A DNA stretch of 64,000 nucleotides from a virus: positions 5,129 through 69,128 of IMG/VR virus record IMGVR_UViG_3300031772_000022, one strand, 5' to 3'. Positions 18,466 to 29,900 of this stretch are shown one piece after another; the first letter of the stretch is position 1; every line of letters begins with the position of its first letter. A program made the translations under genes and the position numbers. Below the pieces are notes generated by a model. It made no database searches and was not told the DNA's origin. It saw nothing but the letters and a program-made list of their open reading frames with translations.

Positions 18466-21400
18466 CTACGCTATCTGGCTGGAGATCAATTTCTTCTGCT
18501 GGTCCGAGATGAGCTTGTCGAGGGTTTCCTGGCGCTTCGCCGCCGCCTGGCTTATCTTGACGACGAGCCCTTCCTTCCTGTCGATCCTTTGCTTGATCCA
18601 AAGATACCGAGTGTCGTAGATCTTCTCATCCTTCTTCAAAAGACTCTGAACCTTCGAAACATAGTCCTTGACGGCCAAAATTCGGGCGTTGACGTCAACC
18701 TGGCGTCCGGGAAGTCCGGCCGAAGAAGGAGAGGACCCCCACGCGGAGGTGGCAGTCGTCCATGTCAAGGCGCTCTTGATGAACTCTGTGGCGAAGGCCG
18801 GCTGCTTGGGGGTGACGAACTGCCATGGCTGAATGACATAGTACTGAACAGCCGTGGCGCCGACCCCCGGGAAGGAGCCATACGGGGCGGCCGGGTCAAG
18901 CTTCAACTTCGTCGAGTGCACTTCCTTGACCTTGTAAAGGCCGTAGTTCGAACCTGAAGGAATGTAGATAAAGCAGGAATTGGTGACCGGAATCTGGAGC
19001 CCGAGAAAGTTCCCTCCTGGGTCCGTCAGCTCGTCCGCCGCGGTGATGTTCCCGCCGACCCGGTTTATCAGAATAGGTCCATAGCTGAGGATGGCCTTGT
19101 CGAGAGACTTGAGCTCCGAGTCAAGATGTCCGATGATGGCCGGGGCGACGGGGGCGACAGCAGTGTTCGACGACACAAGCCCGTTCTCCTGCGCCGTCAG
19201 GGACGGAATTTCACCCGCGTGAGTGATGACGTAAAGGTCCCTGGGGACGGCGTCGATGAACACGAACGCCGGATTGACCGTGAAGGTGCCGACAGCCGGG
19301 CCGATCGTCGCGACAGTCCGCTGCTGGCCCGCGTTCAGGCCGTTGAGAAAACGAACGGTCTGTCCGATCTCCACCGGCACAAGACAACTACTGACGGTGT
19401 TCGTCACGGAGACCACTCCCGTGCCGAGATGATTGTTCGCGTAGAGCTCCAGGGAGAGAGTGTTCAGCTCGCTCTGATAGGCCAGAGGAGGGAAGCTCAG
19501 AGCTCCGCCGTCCGTTAGCTCAAGGCCGTCGAGGGCGGGAATGCGCTTCGGCGACACGTCCTTGTTGACGAAGGTGACGTTCGCCTCCACTATCTCGTTG
19601 CCGGACCTGGTACCAATCGGGCCGAACGGCGGAGGGAACTGATCATTATGGACCTGCCCATTGTCCATATCCACGGTGACATAGTCGCTGTTATACCCGT
19701 TGACCCCCGGGGCGGTCGTATCCGAGTTTTCAGCCATGACGGAGCCAATAATGGACGTGACCGCTGTATCGAGGACTATGAAGTCCGGACCGGCGCTCGA
19801 GACGGTGGCCGAGCCCTGTCTAACACCGTCGGGCCCGAAGAAGGAAACCTTCATGCTGTTGGCGAATGGAGGGACAAGGTTCTTCGCGTCCCCGTTCGTG
19901 CCGGCCAACAACAGGGTCTTCTTGTCCGGACTGACAGATATGTATTCTGACCGGGCCCGGGCGGTTATGAACGTGCTGACGGACGTGAGGTTGCCGATGC
20001 CGATGCTTCCGACCGTGCTCCCATAGTTGAGAATCGGTGTGAACTTGTCGTTGAAGGCAACGGGAACCGACGCGCGGGTCGTCCCGTAAAACCTCGAGAG
20101 ACTGTTATAATCCCATATCGGCCCGAAGACGGGCCCGTCCGCGAAAGTCAGGGGGCTGAAGCTGACGAGGACGACCCCGTCGTAAAGCTTCACCTGATCG
20201 TCGATGTCGTTCTGGACCTCGGCGTAGCTGTTGCGCTTCACCCCGCTCACGTCGCCGTTGAACCGCATTCGGCCTGACGAGCCGCCGACCACCCGCCCGT
20301 CGAAGTTGGCGAGCATGTCCTCGTAATAGTTCGCTTGGTCGTTGTAGAACTTCAAGAGACGAGATATGACCACATCGAGGTTCCGCAAGTGTTGCTCGTC
20401 GAAGTACAGGCTGGCCGAGCCGTAGTCCTTCGTCTGAAGGGAAGACGCACTCGACGTGCTCGGACCGGACGATCCGCTAGACGACGAGGCGAGCTCTTTG
20501 ACGACCTCGGGGATGAACGTCTTTATTGATTCAACACGGTAGAAGAACGTGTCCGAGTTTTTCAGGCGATACTTCGCTATGAGCTTCTGCCCTTTGATCC
20601 CGTTCGTCTGGGTCGGAGCTATCTGGAACGCGTAGTTGAACGCGAAAGAGGTACCGACCGGCTGCTCCTTGCGGGCCACGTAGAAGGCGCGGACCGTGTC
20701 GCCGAAAGCGAGGTTCGTGGTCATCTTGACGACTCCTCCCTCGCCCGTGTCGTAGTCGACGCCCTGCTTCAGCGTCTTGTTCACGGTGCCAGTCCGAACC
20801 AGCGTAAACGGATAGCCTGCGTGCATTGGTTTCAACGTCTTGAACTCGGCCGTCGAGTTATAGACAGGGCGTACCGTCCGCTTCACCTCCGGAAGGATAT
20901 AGTTACGGTTGGCGTTCACCGCCAGGATGACGTTCGTGCGGTTGCTTGAAGCCACGTAGGACGAGGAAACAACGTAATACGGGTCACTGTCGATGAGGAC
21001 AACAGTCCCGGCGGGATAGACAACGCTCCCTCCGATGGAAAGCGTATTCGTACCCTTTGTCAGGACATCAACGGGGTTTGTCTCGGACACGAGGTACGGG
21101 CCGGAGATGGGAGCACAAACCTTCAGGGGAGCTCCCCCGGAGTCGACCGTCGGCTCCGGGTTGAAGGTGATGGAAGTCGTGTCGGCCGTAGGGTTATAGA
21201 CTACCCCGCTGACGAGGACGACATCCTTGTCGTTGATGAGCATCGCGGAGCCAGGGGACACGATGCTCGTCTGGTCGCCGTTGTAGACGGTGACGACCTC
21301 CCCGTCCGTGACGAGAGGGAAGTCCACGTCGACAGGGCTGTTGACGAGGGTGAAGAAAGTGTTACCTCCGGGCGATTCGGCGACAAAATAATTGATGGTG

Positions 21401-23733
21401 ACGGTGGTCGTGTCAAGAAGGAGCTGGCTGACCGTGATCGTCCCAGGGGCCGAGAACACGAGATTCTCGGGAGGGATGGTTATCCCGTCCACGTACAGCG
21501 CGATAGGGTAGGCCGTCAGGACGGTCTTCCCGTCCGGGTTGAAGTGCACGACGCCGCTGTTCGGGACGACCGACCCTATCTCCTGACGGATCTTGAACCC
21601 GGCAAACTCCGTGACGGGCGTGGGCGTGACCGTGACGCCCTCGTCGGGTGACTGTAGCCAGGTATATTCAACCTTGAAGACCTCGGTCGGCTTTGCGGCG
21701 ACGGACAGGTTGATCTGCCCGGTCGAGGCCAGGATCGTGAACTCCGACGTGTCGAGCAGTCCGAAGGGACCAGCCACACTCGCCGCGCGGTAGACCTTGA
21801 GCTTCTTGAAAGGTGGAAGGAAGGACGTCCAAAAGCGGTCCGCCACGACCTCAAGGGCAGTCCGAACGTCGGCAGTCCCGATCCCGTGGATCACCGGGAA
21901 AGCTCCGGAGACGAACAGAGTGGTCGTACCCGAGCTCGCCAGGATGGGGTAAATACCGAAGTTCGGGCCGTCCTTGACGAAAAGATACTTCCCCTCCTGT
22001 GACGTCGCGGGGAAAGAGCCCGGAACGGCGTCCCACTTGATAGAAGTGGTCGCCTTCCCGCTAAAGCCGACGGAGTTTGCAGGGTCGTTCTCACCAACGG
22101 GCTCTATGAACTCGACAAGCCCAACATCCTGGTTGAAGTCGAAGTCAACTCCAGGGCGTATTTCAACACCGTTCCTGGTGGTCTCGAAACCGTATGGGTT
22201 TACGACGGAGTCATCCAGCTTGAAGGCCGAGGTGGCCTTGTCGAGGACCTTCAGGACTGTCTTGCGGTTCGAGAACTTGAACTGCTTGGCCTCGAGGTCG
22301 AGAATATACCCGTTACCGGGCCTGGTCGGATCGTTCGAGTCGACCAGGTTCCCCGTGAAGGTTCCGCCGCTAGTGCCCTGATCAACCTTGTACTCGAGGA
22401 ACGCGTCGACGGTCGGAACAGTGGGGAGCATGACGAACGGAGACGACCCGATCCCGTCCGCAATGACCTGAGAGAGGACTGAGTACGTGTCGACGAAGTC
22501 CGGGGTAACCTCTTCGCCGGAGACGTTCAGACCGCTCTTGTAGAACTGGACGGACACACCGTTCTCAAGCTCGTGAACGCCGTCAACGAACTGAATCGTG
22601 GCCCCCGTCTGGGCGCCGGGGTCGGAGCCCGACACGTAGAGACTCCCAGTGACCGGACTGATGTAACAGGTCCCATCGGCCGGAGGGCCAGAGGAGATCG
22701 TGTCCGAGTCCGCCAGTTGGACCTGGAAATAATAACGGGGCTTTCCGGGAGCCTCGTTGAAAATGATGAAGCGAGAGGCGTCCGTCGCTCCGATGAACTC
22801 CGTCTTCGTCCCGACCGCGACGGGCCATGTGCTGGCGGGCACACCAACCGTACCCCGGTGTAGCTGAAAAGAGCCAAGGATGATACCATCATAGTAGACG
22901 GGCATCTCGGCGTAAGCGTCTATATCGGCCGCCGAGAAGGCCAGTTTTCCCGTATCGAGCGAGAACTTGAAGAAGCCCGCGGACGGCAGCGGGTGCAGCG
23001 CAGCCTCCGTAGCTACGGGGATTCCGGTCAAGTGAGATCGGAATCCGATGCGCACGAGCGGCGTCTGACCGGATCCGGGAATTGGGTTGAGCCACAGCGT
23101 ATAGCTCCCGGCCGACGAGCTCGGGAGGACGCCAATCTTCCCTTTGACCTTTGTCCTGTCGAAGAAGCTCTGCCTCGCAAGGTATACGGGCTGATTCACG
23201 AAAACCTGGTTTCCGAGGTCCGCCGTTCCGAAGTTCAGCTCTCCCTTGTCCGAAGAGATCTCGACCGTTCCGGCCGGAGGGTCTCCGAAGTCCTCGGAAG
23301 AGCCGATGATGGAGACGTTGAAGGTGGCGGTCCGGTCCGGACTTCCGGCGTAGATGGCGTAGGGGGCTTCAGAAGTGGGAACCACCTTGTCGGGCACGGG
23401 AGCGACAATGCGCGGGGAGTTCGCACACTTTCCGACCTTCTCCTGACCGGATCCGGGAGCCGTGCTCCACCGTTTGGCGAAACCGTCCCAGTCGAACCGG
23501 ATAACGGTCCCGTTGTTCCGGGTCCAGAGGAACTTGAGGTTCGCGTCGGCGATCTCGATGCCGGAGAGAGCGGGATCCTGGCCAGAGACGAAAATGGCGT
23601 ACTCCGCGCGTCCGGGAGAGGCGTCTATCGCCCCCTGGTTAGTGACGAGGGTCCGCGCCGGAAATGTGTACGGGCTGTTGGCCGTCGCGACGCGCATGCC
23701 CTCCAGCAGGAACCCGGACGTGTTCAAAGCCAT
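18466..23733 (-). CDS. Very large baseplate/tail structural protein (1755 aa), beta-rich repeated modules
   Basis: Long ORF in the tail operon with repeated 'GVD(F/Y)D...G.V.(F/M)' beta modules. Confidence 0.8.
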   Translation of the reverse strand: MALNTSGFLLEGMRVATANSPYTFPARTLVTNQGAIDASPGRAEYAIFVSGQDPALSGIEIADANLKFLWTRNNGTVIRFDWDGFAKRWSTAPGSGQEKVGKCANSPRIVAPVPDKVVPTSEAPYAIYAGSPDRTATFNVSIIGSSEDFGDPPAGTVEISSDKGELNFGTADLGNQVFVNQPVYLARQSFFDRTKVKGKIGVLPSSSAGSYTLWLNPIPGSGQTPLVRIGFRSHLTGIPVATEAALHPLPSAGFFKFSLDTGKLAFSAADIDAYAEMPVYYDGIILGSFQLHRGTVGVPASTWPVAVGTKTEFIGATDASRFIIFNEAPGKPRYYFQVQLADSDTISSGPPADGTCYISPVTGSLYVSGSDPGAQTGATIQFVDGVHELENGVSVQFYKSGLNVSGEEVTPDFVDTYSVLSQVIADGIGSSPFVMLPTVPTVDAFLEYKVDQGTSGGTFTGNLVDSNDPTRPGNGYILDLEAKQFKFSNRKTVLKVLDKATSAFKLDDSVVNPYGFETTRNGVEIRPGVDFDFNQDVGLVEFIEPVGENDPANSVGFSGKATTSIKWDAVPGSFPATSQEGKYLFVKDGPNFGIYPILASSGTTTLFVSGAFPVIHGIGTADVRTALEVVADRFWTSFLPPFKKLKVYRAASVAGPFGLLDTSEFTILASTGQINLSVAAKPTEVFKVEYTWLQSPDEGVTVTPTPVTEFAGFKIRQEIGSVVPNSGVVHFNPDGKTVLTAYPIALYVDGITIPPENLVFSAPGTITVSQLLLDTTTVTINYFVAESPGGNTFFTLVNSPVDVDFPLVTDGEVVTVYNGDQTSIVSPGSAMLINDKDVVLVSGVVYNPTADTTSITFNPEPTVDSGGAPLKVCAPISGPYLVSETNPVDVLTKGTNTLSIGGSVVYPAGTVVLIDSDPYYVVSSSYVASSNRTNVILAVNANRNYILPEVKRTVRPVYNSTAEFKTLKPMHAGYPFTLVRTGTVNKTLKQGVDYDTGEGGVVKMTTNLAFGDTVRAFYVARKEQPVGTSFAFNYAFQIAPTQTNGIKGQKLIAKYRLKNSDTFFYRVESIKTFIPEVVKELASSSSGSSGPSTSSASSLQTKDYGSASLYFDEQHLRNLDVVISRLLKFYNDQANYYEDMLANFDGRVVGGSSGRMRFNGDVSGVKRNSYAEVQNDIDDQVKLYDGVVLVSFSPLTFADGPVFGPIWDYNSLSRFYGTTRASVPVAFNDKFTPILNYGSTVGSIGIGNLTSVSTFITARARSEYISVSPDKKTLLLAGTNGDAKNLVPPFANSMKVSFFGPDGVRQGSATVSSAGPDFIVLDTAVTSIIGSVMAENSDTTAPGVNGYNSDYVTVDMDNGQVHNDQFPPPFGPIGTRSGNEIVEANVTFVNKDVSPKRIPALDGLELTDGGALSFPPLAYQSELNTLSLELYANNHLGTGVVSVTNTVSSCLVPVEIGQTVRFLNGLNAGQQRTVATIGPAVGTFTVNPAFVFIDAVPRDLYVITHAGEIPSLTAQENGLVSSNTAVAPVAPAIIGHLDSELKSLDKAILSYGPILINRVGGNITAADELTDPGGNFLGLQIPVTNSCFIYIPSGSNYGLYKVKEVHSTKLKLDPAAPYGSFPGVGATAVQYYVIQPWQFVTPKQPAFATEFIKSALTWTTATSAWGSSPSSAGLPGRQVDVNARILAVKDYVSKVQSLLKKDEKIYDTRYLWIKQRIDRKEGLVVKISQAAAKRQETLDKLISDQQKKLISSQIA

Positions 23734-23749
23734 GAGCGACAGTACCTCG

Positions 23750-24328
23750 TCACAGAAGTTTCCCGATGCCGGTTCCTGCCCCGGGCAGGATGTTCGGCGG
23801 TCCGACTATCACGACGGGGGCAATCGAGGCCGGAAGGACTAGGTCGAGGCCGACCGCGACCGCCGAGGCGAGCTGGATAGTGCTGGGGCCGAGCATGCCG
23901 GCGGCCTGGAAGGCGGCAAAGAAGATGCCCGCCGACGCCCCGGGGTTTGGAATGCAGAAGCCGACTCCGGCACCGAGCCCGACTCCAGCGGCCACGGTCT
24001 GGACGATGGCGAGAGCGAAGGCCATCTGCATCCCGTTGGCGACGCCCGTGGCGGTGGGGATGGAGAAAGGGCCAAGAATACCGTGCGCGATGAAGGAGCC
24101 GATCATCGAAGGGACGATGAGAGGGGGGACGACGACTCCGGCACCGAGCCCGACTCCGGCACCGAGCGTCCCCGCGTCTATCGACTGAAACTGAATGGCT
24201 GTGTTAGCATAGATGGACGTGCCGTTGGCGAGCCCCGTCGCCAGCTGAATCGTGCTAGGACCTATTAGGCCAACCGAGACAAGGTTGAGCAGGAAGATGG
24301 GCGTCAGAGTACCGGGGTCCATAGGCAT
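23750..24328 (-). CDS. Hydrophobic three-repeat protein (192 aa), putative spike tip/cap
   Basis: Immediately downstream of the spike gene. Three ~62-aa repeats (GLIGPSTIQLA / GILGPFSIPTA / GMLGPSTIQLA); very few charged residues. Confidence 0.7.
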   Translation of the reverse strand: MPMDPGTLTPIFLLNLVSVGLIGPSTIQLATGLANGTSIYANTAIQFQSIDAGTLGAGVGLGAGVVVPPLIVPSMIGSFIAHGILGPFSIPTATGVANGMQMAFALAIVQTVAAGVGLGAGVGFCIPNPGASAGIFFAAFQAAGMLGPSTIQLASAVAVGLDLVLPASIAPVVIVGPPNILPGAGTGIGKLL

Positions 24329-24375
24329 AGGTCAGGCAGCCTTCCTCTTCATCTTCTCTTCCCAATATTAGACCA

Positions 24376-26556
24376 TCACCCTATGATGATCGTGGGTATA
24401 CCCAAGTGCGGAATTCCGAGAAGATAGTCGATCATCGGACCCGGGGGACCCGGGATGCCGGCCATGCAGAACCCGGCGACGCTCGCGCCGATCTTGTGGA
24501 ACGGCGCGGTGAGGACGTTCATGGTCGCGGCCGTAATGGAGTTCATCAGGCCGGACGTTATGGACACCGGGCCGCCCGCCGCGGTAAGGGAGAGAGCGCC
24601 TGCGCCCACAGTCGCGGAAAAGCTGCCCGCGCCCACCGTCATGGACATGGCGCCCGTGGCCGCCGTGAAGGACATGGCGCCGGCCACGCAGGTCGTCGAC
24701 ATGGCGCCGGCAAGGATGGTCGTAGTCTTCGCGCCGGCCAGGATGGTCTTAGTGTCGATGCCGGCAAGGATGGTCTCCATCCTGCCGAGGGCCCAGGTGG
24801 ACGTCGAAAGCTGCGCGAACTGGCGCTGAGTCTTGCCAAGGATGGTCATACCCCAGTCGCCGGCCGACGTGACCTTGTACCCCCCGGCTCCGGCGTTCGT
24901 CAGGACTGAGGTGGCGACGGTGGTGTCGTCCCCGCCAATCTCCCTGACCGAGTTGCCGCCGATTATGGACATGTCGGTGGCGGAGATAGTCCGTAGGGTC
25001 GATCCGCCGACCTGCTGCTGGAAGGCCGGCGCGTTCGACGCCGGATTATTCATGATGCGCTGAAGGACTCCGCCGTGGAGGGTAACCTCGATGGAATTGC
25101 CGGCGTCGTTCCGCCCAATGTCCAGGTTGAGGCCGCCGACCAGCTTCAGGTCGAGGCTGGTGTTCCGTGAGTTCCCGTCCGCGCCAATGATGGCCTTCAC
25201 GAGGCCCTGAATGTTGAGGTCGACGGACTTCCCCTTCATATCGGGCGTCCCGACGCGCGACTTCGGGATATGGACGTAAACGCGGCCTTCCTTCGAGACG
25301 CCGAACGCGTACTGGTTCGAGCCGTGCGGACTCATCACACGGAACAGCCGCGCGAGCCCGATGTCGTCCATAATGTCGAGGTCCTGGATGGTGTCCACGG
25401 CCTCGAACGTAGGACCGTCTGACGGGGCTCCCTGCTCAAGGTTCTTGAACACCGCCATCTTCAGCGGGTGCTTGTAGAGCGGACGCCCGCCGGACGAGTG
25501 GAAGTCGTTGCCGACGACCGTCCCCATAACGTCCTCAATGAAGATCGGGTAAGGAGGGTCTATCTGAAACCCATCCCCTTCCTCGGTGACGGCCATAATG
25601 CCGTCCGAAAGGTGGCGTATCTCCTTCCTATCCTCAACATAGCACAAGTGCGCGGAAGAGAAAGTGTGATTGTGCTCGCCGTGAACGATGTACGCGATAT
25701 GCTGACCGTCCGGCGTCACGACATGAGAATAGAACGGCTCTTCAGGGTTGTCAGGGAATGTTTTCTTCCCTGCCGCGTCTATGAGCCCGAACTCGAGCAG
25801 TATGGGGTACGCCGGGCTGTCTTTCGATATGGTCGTCGGAACTTTTCCCTTGTCGTCCTCAGGGAAGAGGTCCGGCAGAAAACTGTAAGCGTTCCTCTTG
25901 ATGAGGCCGCGACGGTAATAACCAGCTGCGTTGCTCGTAAACTCGTTGATGGTCTGCAGGATGGCCGTCTGGTCCGCGTCCCGGAGACGGAACTCGTTTC
26001 CCGCCCGGTTCGTGACGAGGGCATCCCGGTCGAGCAGAACGTCCGCGCCGTCGGAAGCGGAGGCCATGAAGTCGCCGGGATAGACTTTCCGGTGCTTGAG
26101 GCGGACGATGCCGAGGTTCACGCCCGGATCGTCCTCAAGGCTCGGGTTCTGGTTCATCGCCGTCTTCGCGTCCGCCGGGTCGACGGTGGAGAACGGCTCG
26201 AAGTCCCGGGCGAGGTAGATGCCCGAGGTCATGAACTCGATGATGTACGGCTTGAATCCGCGATGGCCGAACTTCTGCCACCCGATTATGACCTTCGAGT
26301 TCCGGTCGGGGACAGACCCGGCCCAACTCCTCGGCCCACCGCCTCCGGGTGCCGGGATGGGAACGTCATGGAACTCACCAAACCCGGACTCCAGCCGGAT
26401 GGAGCAGCACATTGTCTCCGTGTCGACGTGGACTATCCGGGCGGACCAAAGGTACGTCCTCGCGTCGCGAGAGGCGTTAGTCTGTTCCTTGAAGCCGCCG
26501 ATAGCCCGAGGGTCGGACGTCATCGGAACGCTGTGCTTGGACCTTCGGTCGCTCAT
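24376..26556 (-). CDS. Baseplate central spike (gpV / gp5 / VgrG C-terminal-like), 726 aa
   Basis: N-terminal OB-fold pattern 'ARIVHVD....C.IRL...VP..NSKVIIGW'. C-terminal 9-residue beta-helix repeats (ETILAGIDT-KTILAGAKT-TTILAGAMS...). Confidence 0.8.
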   Translation of the reverse strand: MSDRRSKHSVPMTSDPRAIGGFKEQTNASRDARTYLWSARIVHVDTETMCCSIRLESGFGEFHDVPIPAPGGGGPRSWAGSVPDRNSKVIIGWQKFGHRGFKPYIIEFMTSGIYLARDFEPFSTVDPADAKTAMNQNPSLEDDPGVNLGIVRLKHRKVYPGDFMASASDGADVLLDRDALVTNRAGNEFRLRDADQTAILQTINEFTSNAAGYYRRGLIKRNAYSFLPDLFPEDDKGKVPTTISKDSPAYPILLEFGLIDAAGKKTFPDNPEEPFYSHVVTPDGQHIAYIVHGEHNHTFSSAHLCYVEDRKEIRHLSDGIMAVTEEGDGFQIDPPYPIFIEDVMGTVVGNDFHSSGGRPLYKHPLKMAVFKNLEQGAPSDGPTFEAVDTIQDLDIMDDIGLARLFRVMSPHGSNQYAFGVSKEGRVYVHIPKSRVGTPDMKGKSVDLNIQGLVKAIIGADGNSRNTSLDLKLVGGLNLDIGRNDAGNSIEVTLHGGVLQRIMNNPASNAPAFQQQVGGSTLRTISATDMSIIGGNSVREIGGDDTTVATSVLTNAGAGGYKVTSAGDWGMTILGKTQRQFAQLSTSTWALGRMETILAGIDTKTILAGAKTTTILAGAMSTTCVAGAMSFTAATGAMSMTVGAGSFSATVGAGALSLTAAGGPVSITSGLMNSITAATMNVLTAPFHKIGASVAGFCMAGIPGPPGPMIDYLLGIPHLGIPTIIIG

Positions 26557-26596
26557 CTAAACCACGATACTCCCATCAGACCTGTAAGGTTCCATC

Positions 26597-26989
26597 ATGC
26601 CGATAGTCCTTCAGGTGGCGACGCTGCAGGGAAAGACCCTGGAGGGGGGCCGGTGGGAACTGGAGAACGTCCCGGGCCTCCAGGAGGGACAGAGCTTCGC
26701 CCTATCGTTCCCGACCAAGGACAAACAGCTCGTGGCGTACCTCATGAAGGTGCAGAACGGGGACTGCGCGGTGGACCGCGACAACGGAGAGTACTCGGTG
26801 GCACTCTCCTTTCAGGTCCGGCGAATACGACACATGCTGACGGTCGGAACTGAAAAGCTGGACACGATGGCGGTCCTGACACCCGTGAACAGGAACGTCG
26901 AGCTCGTCGTCCAGTACCTGGTGGATCCGAAGAAGGTCGACCAAAAGTTCTTTAAGATGGTCCGGGAGACCGTCAGCCCGGGGTCTTGA
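26597..26989 (+). CDS. Hypothetical protein (130 aa), lone plus-strand gene inside the tail operon
   Basis: Occupies the gap between the spike and hub genes. TAAGGT 6 nt upstream of the ATG; plausible codon usage. Confidence 0.7.
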   Translation: MPIVLQVATLQGKTLEGGRWELENVPGLQEGQSFALSFPTKDKQLVAYLMKVQNGDCAVDRDNGEYSVALSFQVRRIRHMLTVGTEKLDTMAVLTPVNRNVELVVQYLVDPKKVDQKFFKMVRETVSPGS

Positions 26990-29900
26990 GGGGAATGCCG
27001 TCGCGGCCGAGGTAGACGGGGACGCCCGCGTTATCATAGCGCCTCTGGTTGATAGGATCACTGACAGTCGGGGCGGGGGGCTGATACTGAGGGGCGGTGT
27101 CCGTGGTAGCGGACACGAGTGGGGAAGCCTTTTGCTTGCCGATCTGGTTCAGCCTTTCGGCCGCGTTTTTGCCCGCCTGGTCGACGGTGGGTCCGAAGTT
27201 CTTCAGCGCCGCGTTCGTCTGACCGAAGTTGAAGTTCGCCTGCTTCTGCAGGGCGGCAAGCGCGGCCGGGTCGCCCAAGGAGGCCCGGGCGAACAGGGGG
27301 TTGTCCGGGTCGCCGAGGACGTTGTCCTGTTCGTCATCGCCGAGCCCGAGCGGATTTGTATCAACGTTCGCAGGGTTGTCAATACCCCCTAGAGTGTAGG
27401 CCGTCTCCCGCTTAACGTTCTCCTTCAGCTCCGTGTCGAACTTCGTCAAAAGAAAGACGTCGAGAGCCTCGAAGAAACCCTTGCTGGAGAGGATCCCCAC
27501 CTCTTTATCCCTCCCAGTCGACCCGGGGGAGCTCAAAAGCACCTGGCCTCCGCCCTTGGCGCCCGCCCGCGACATGCCGTTCACCGCAATCGAACCGGGC
27601 TCAGTGTTTGAGCCAATCTCGCCCGTGATGGGGTTGACAAGCGTCTTATTGTCTTCTTCAGTATAACGTCTATCCTCCCCTTCGGCCGTGGCGTCGGCCA
27701 GGACGGAGGATATGAGGTTTGATGGGAGGAGCGAAAGCCAGTTCGCCCTGTTCAGACCACATCCGCACTTCGTGAACGCGGCGTCGATGCCAAGGTCTAT
27801 CGAAGGAACCATCTCGCCGAGGGTCTTCGCGCGGCGGGTAGCATCCGCCTCCACATAGAGCCCGGTCCCCTTGTCCGCGTTAATCAGGTTCGTGTACGTC
27901 GAGGCGCTCGTCGTCTGGACGTTCGACACACCCTGACCCGGCGACACCGTCCCGGTGAACGAGGCCCCAGTCTTGTAGTCCTCAGGAGTCATCTGCTCGA
28001 ATAGGCTGGAGAAGTTCACGGCCTGACCGTCAACGTTCGACCCTATCCCGGCGTCCGTCAAAAAACCGCCCGTGGGGGCGAACTGAATGTTCAGCTGGTT
28101 CGCGACGCTCGGCATGTCCGCGCCCTTCACCGGCACTTGGAGCTTGCCACGGTCAATATAAGCCCCACGCCCATACCGGTTATGACCTATGACCTCGAAC
28201 CCGAACTCGTCGGACACGGGACGAATGAGGACGTTGAGCTCCGGGATGTACGTGACGACCGGGTTGGCGGCCTTGACCGCGACGAGCCTCTTCTGCGCGG
28301 ATTCCAGATCAGCGGCGGCCTTCTTCTGATCTTCCGTAATCACGGCGAGCTCGGCGTTCAGGAGGGTTACACCGGCAGTGAAGTTGGCAAGGCCGGTGGG
28401 ACTGAAATCAGGCGGTTTACTCTTGCCAAACTTCTGACTCAGGTCCGTGACCTCCTTGGATTTCTTCTTAAGCTTGACGTTAAGTCCGTCGAACTTCTCC
28501 TTCGCGGCCTTTATGTCGGCCAGCTGCGCGTCGACCAGCTTCTTCTGCTCTTCCTTGTCCGGACGCTCTTGGTCCTTACTCTTGATGGTCGTGGTCGCGG
28601 CGTCGTCCACCTTCGGGTGGTTCTGGTACGAACTCAACGGGATGAGGGCAAACTCTCGGAAGTTTCGACCCTTGTCCCAGGCATAATCATATGCCCCCGC
28701 GTTCGTCATCCCAGCCTCATACCGGTGGGCGCGAAGCCTGGCAATCAAAATGTCCTTGTTCGCGGACTGTGACTGAATGAGGGTTTGGCTAACTTGTGCT
28801 TTATGTGCGAGGGGCGTGATCTGATTCTTGTTCCCCTTGGCGGCGGGAGCAGCAGTGTTCGGCTGGGTCTGCTGCCCCTGGCTCTCCATGATCTTCTGGA
28901 GGTCCTTTCCGGCGTACGTCTGCTTGAAGACCATGACGACGTTGGGGAAGCCGAGTATTTTCCCTGTCTTCGGATCGCGGATGATGGCAGGACCGCCGCC
29001 GGAGACGTCCTGTCCAAGGCCGCTGGTCGCGTCTTGCTTTCCCGGCCACGTGACGGTATAAACTTGGTCCTGACCCTCTAGACCACGTTTCTTGTCGCCG
29101 ACCACATTCCGGGTCGCGCCCGGAGTCTTGTTGATCTCCCCGATGCCCTTCGGGGCGATGAACTTGGAGCGCTTGGCCGTCAGGGTGACGGTCGTCGTGG
29201 CCTGACCCCCGACTGAGTACTGGTGGGCGATACCCTGGACGTAGAAGAAAGAGTCGTACTTCGGGACCCAGACCGGGAAGCCCATCCGAAGCTCCGGACG
29301 CATGGGGATGGAAATGGTCCCGTTCTGCCGCTTCGCATTAAGGCGGTCCATCCAGTCGAGCAGATAGAAGAAGAGCTTCCGAGGGTTTCCCGCCCATTCC
29401 AGCTGCAAGTCCGCGCGGCGCCAGCCGTAGCGCCGTAGGAGGTGAAAATCGTAGACGCCGGTTCGCGGAGTAGTGATTTCGTCGTTAAGACCCCAGTCTG
29501 TAGCGCCGCCGAAAGCGTTTCCGGACGAGGTGACCTGGGTCACGACCTCGGCCTCGGAATCGGTCAGCTGATCGTCGATGATGTCGAAGTCCTGGATCCA
29601 GGAGACAGGCTTGTTCGGCAGAACGTTCAAGTTATAGAACGGAGGCTTGAAGATAATGTCGCCGGTCGTATCGCAGTAGAATTCAAACCCCATCTGATCA
29701 CGGGCGTGCATGGCGAGGGAAAGCTTGCTCTGGGTCTCGTTCTGGAAGAATTCCACATCTCCGGCCCGGGCGACCTCGATCTTCGCGGTGGTGACATCCT
29801 TCGGATTAGTCTGGAGAAGGACGGTCGAATGGTTGTTCTTGAGGGATCGGACCTCCTCTTTTATTATCGTCTCCAACATTTGGTTGGGGGACACGGTCCC

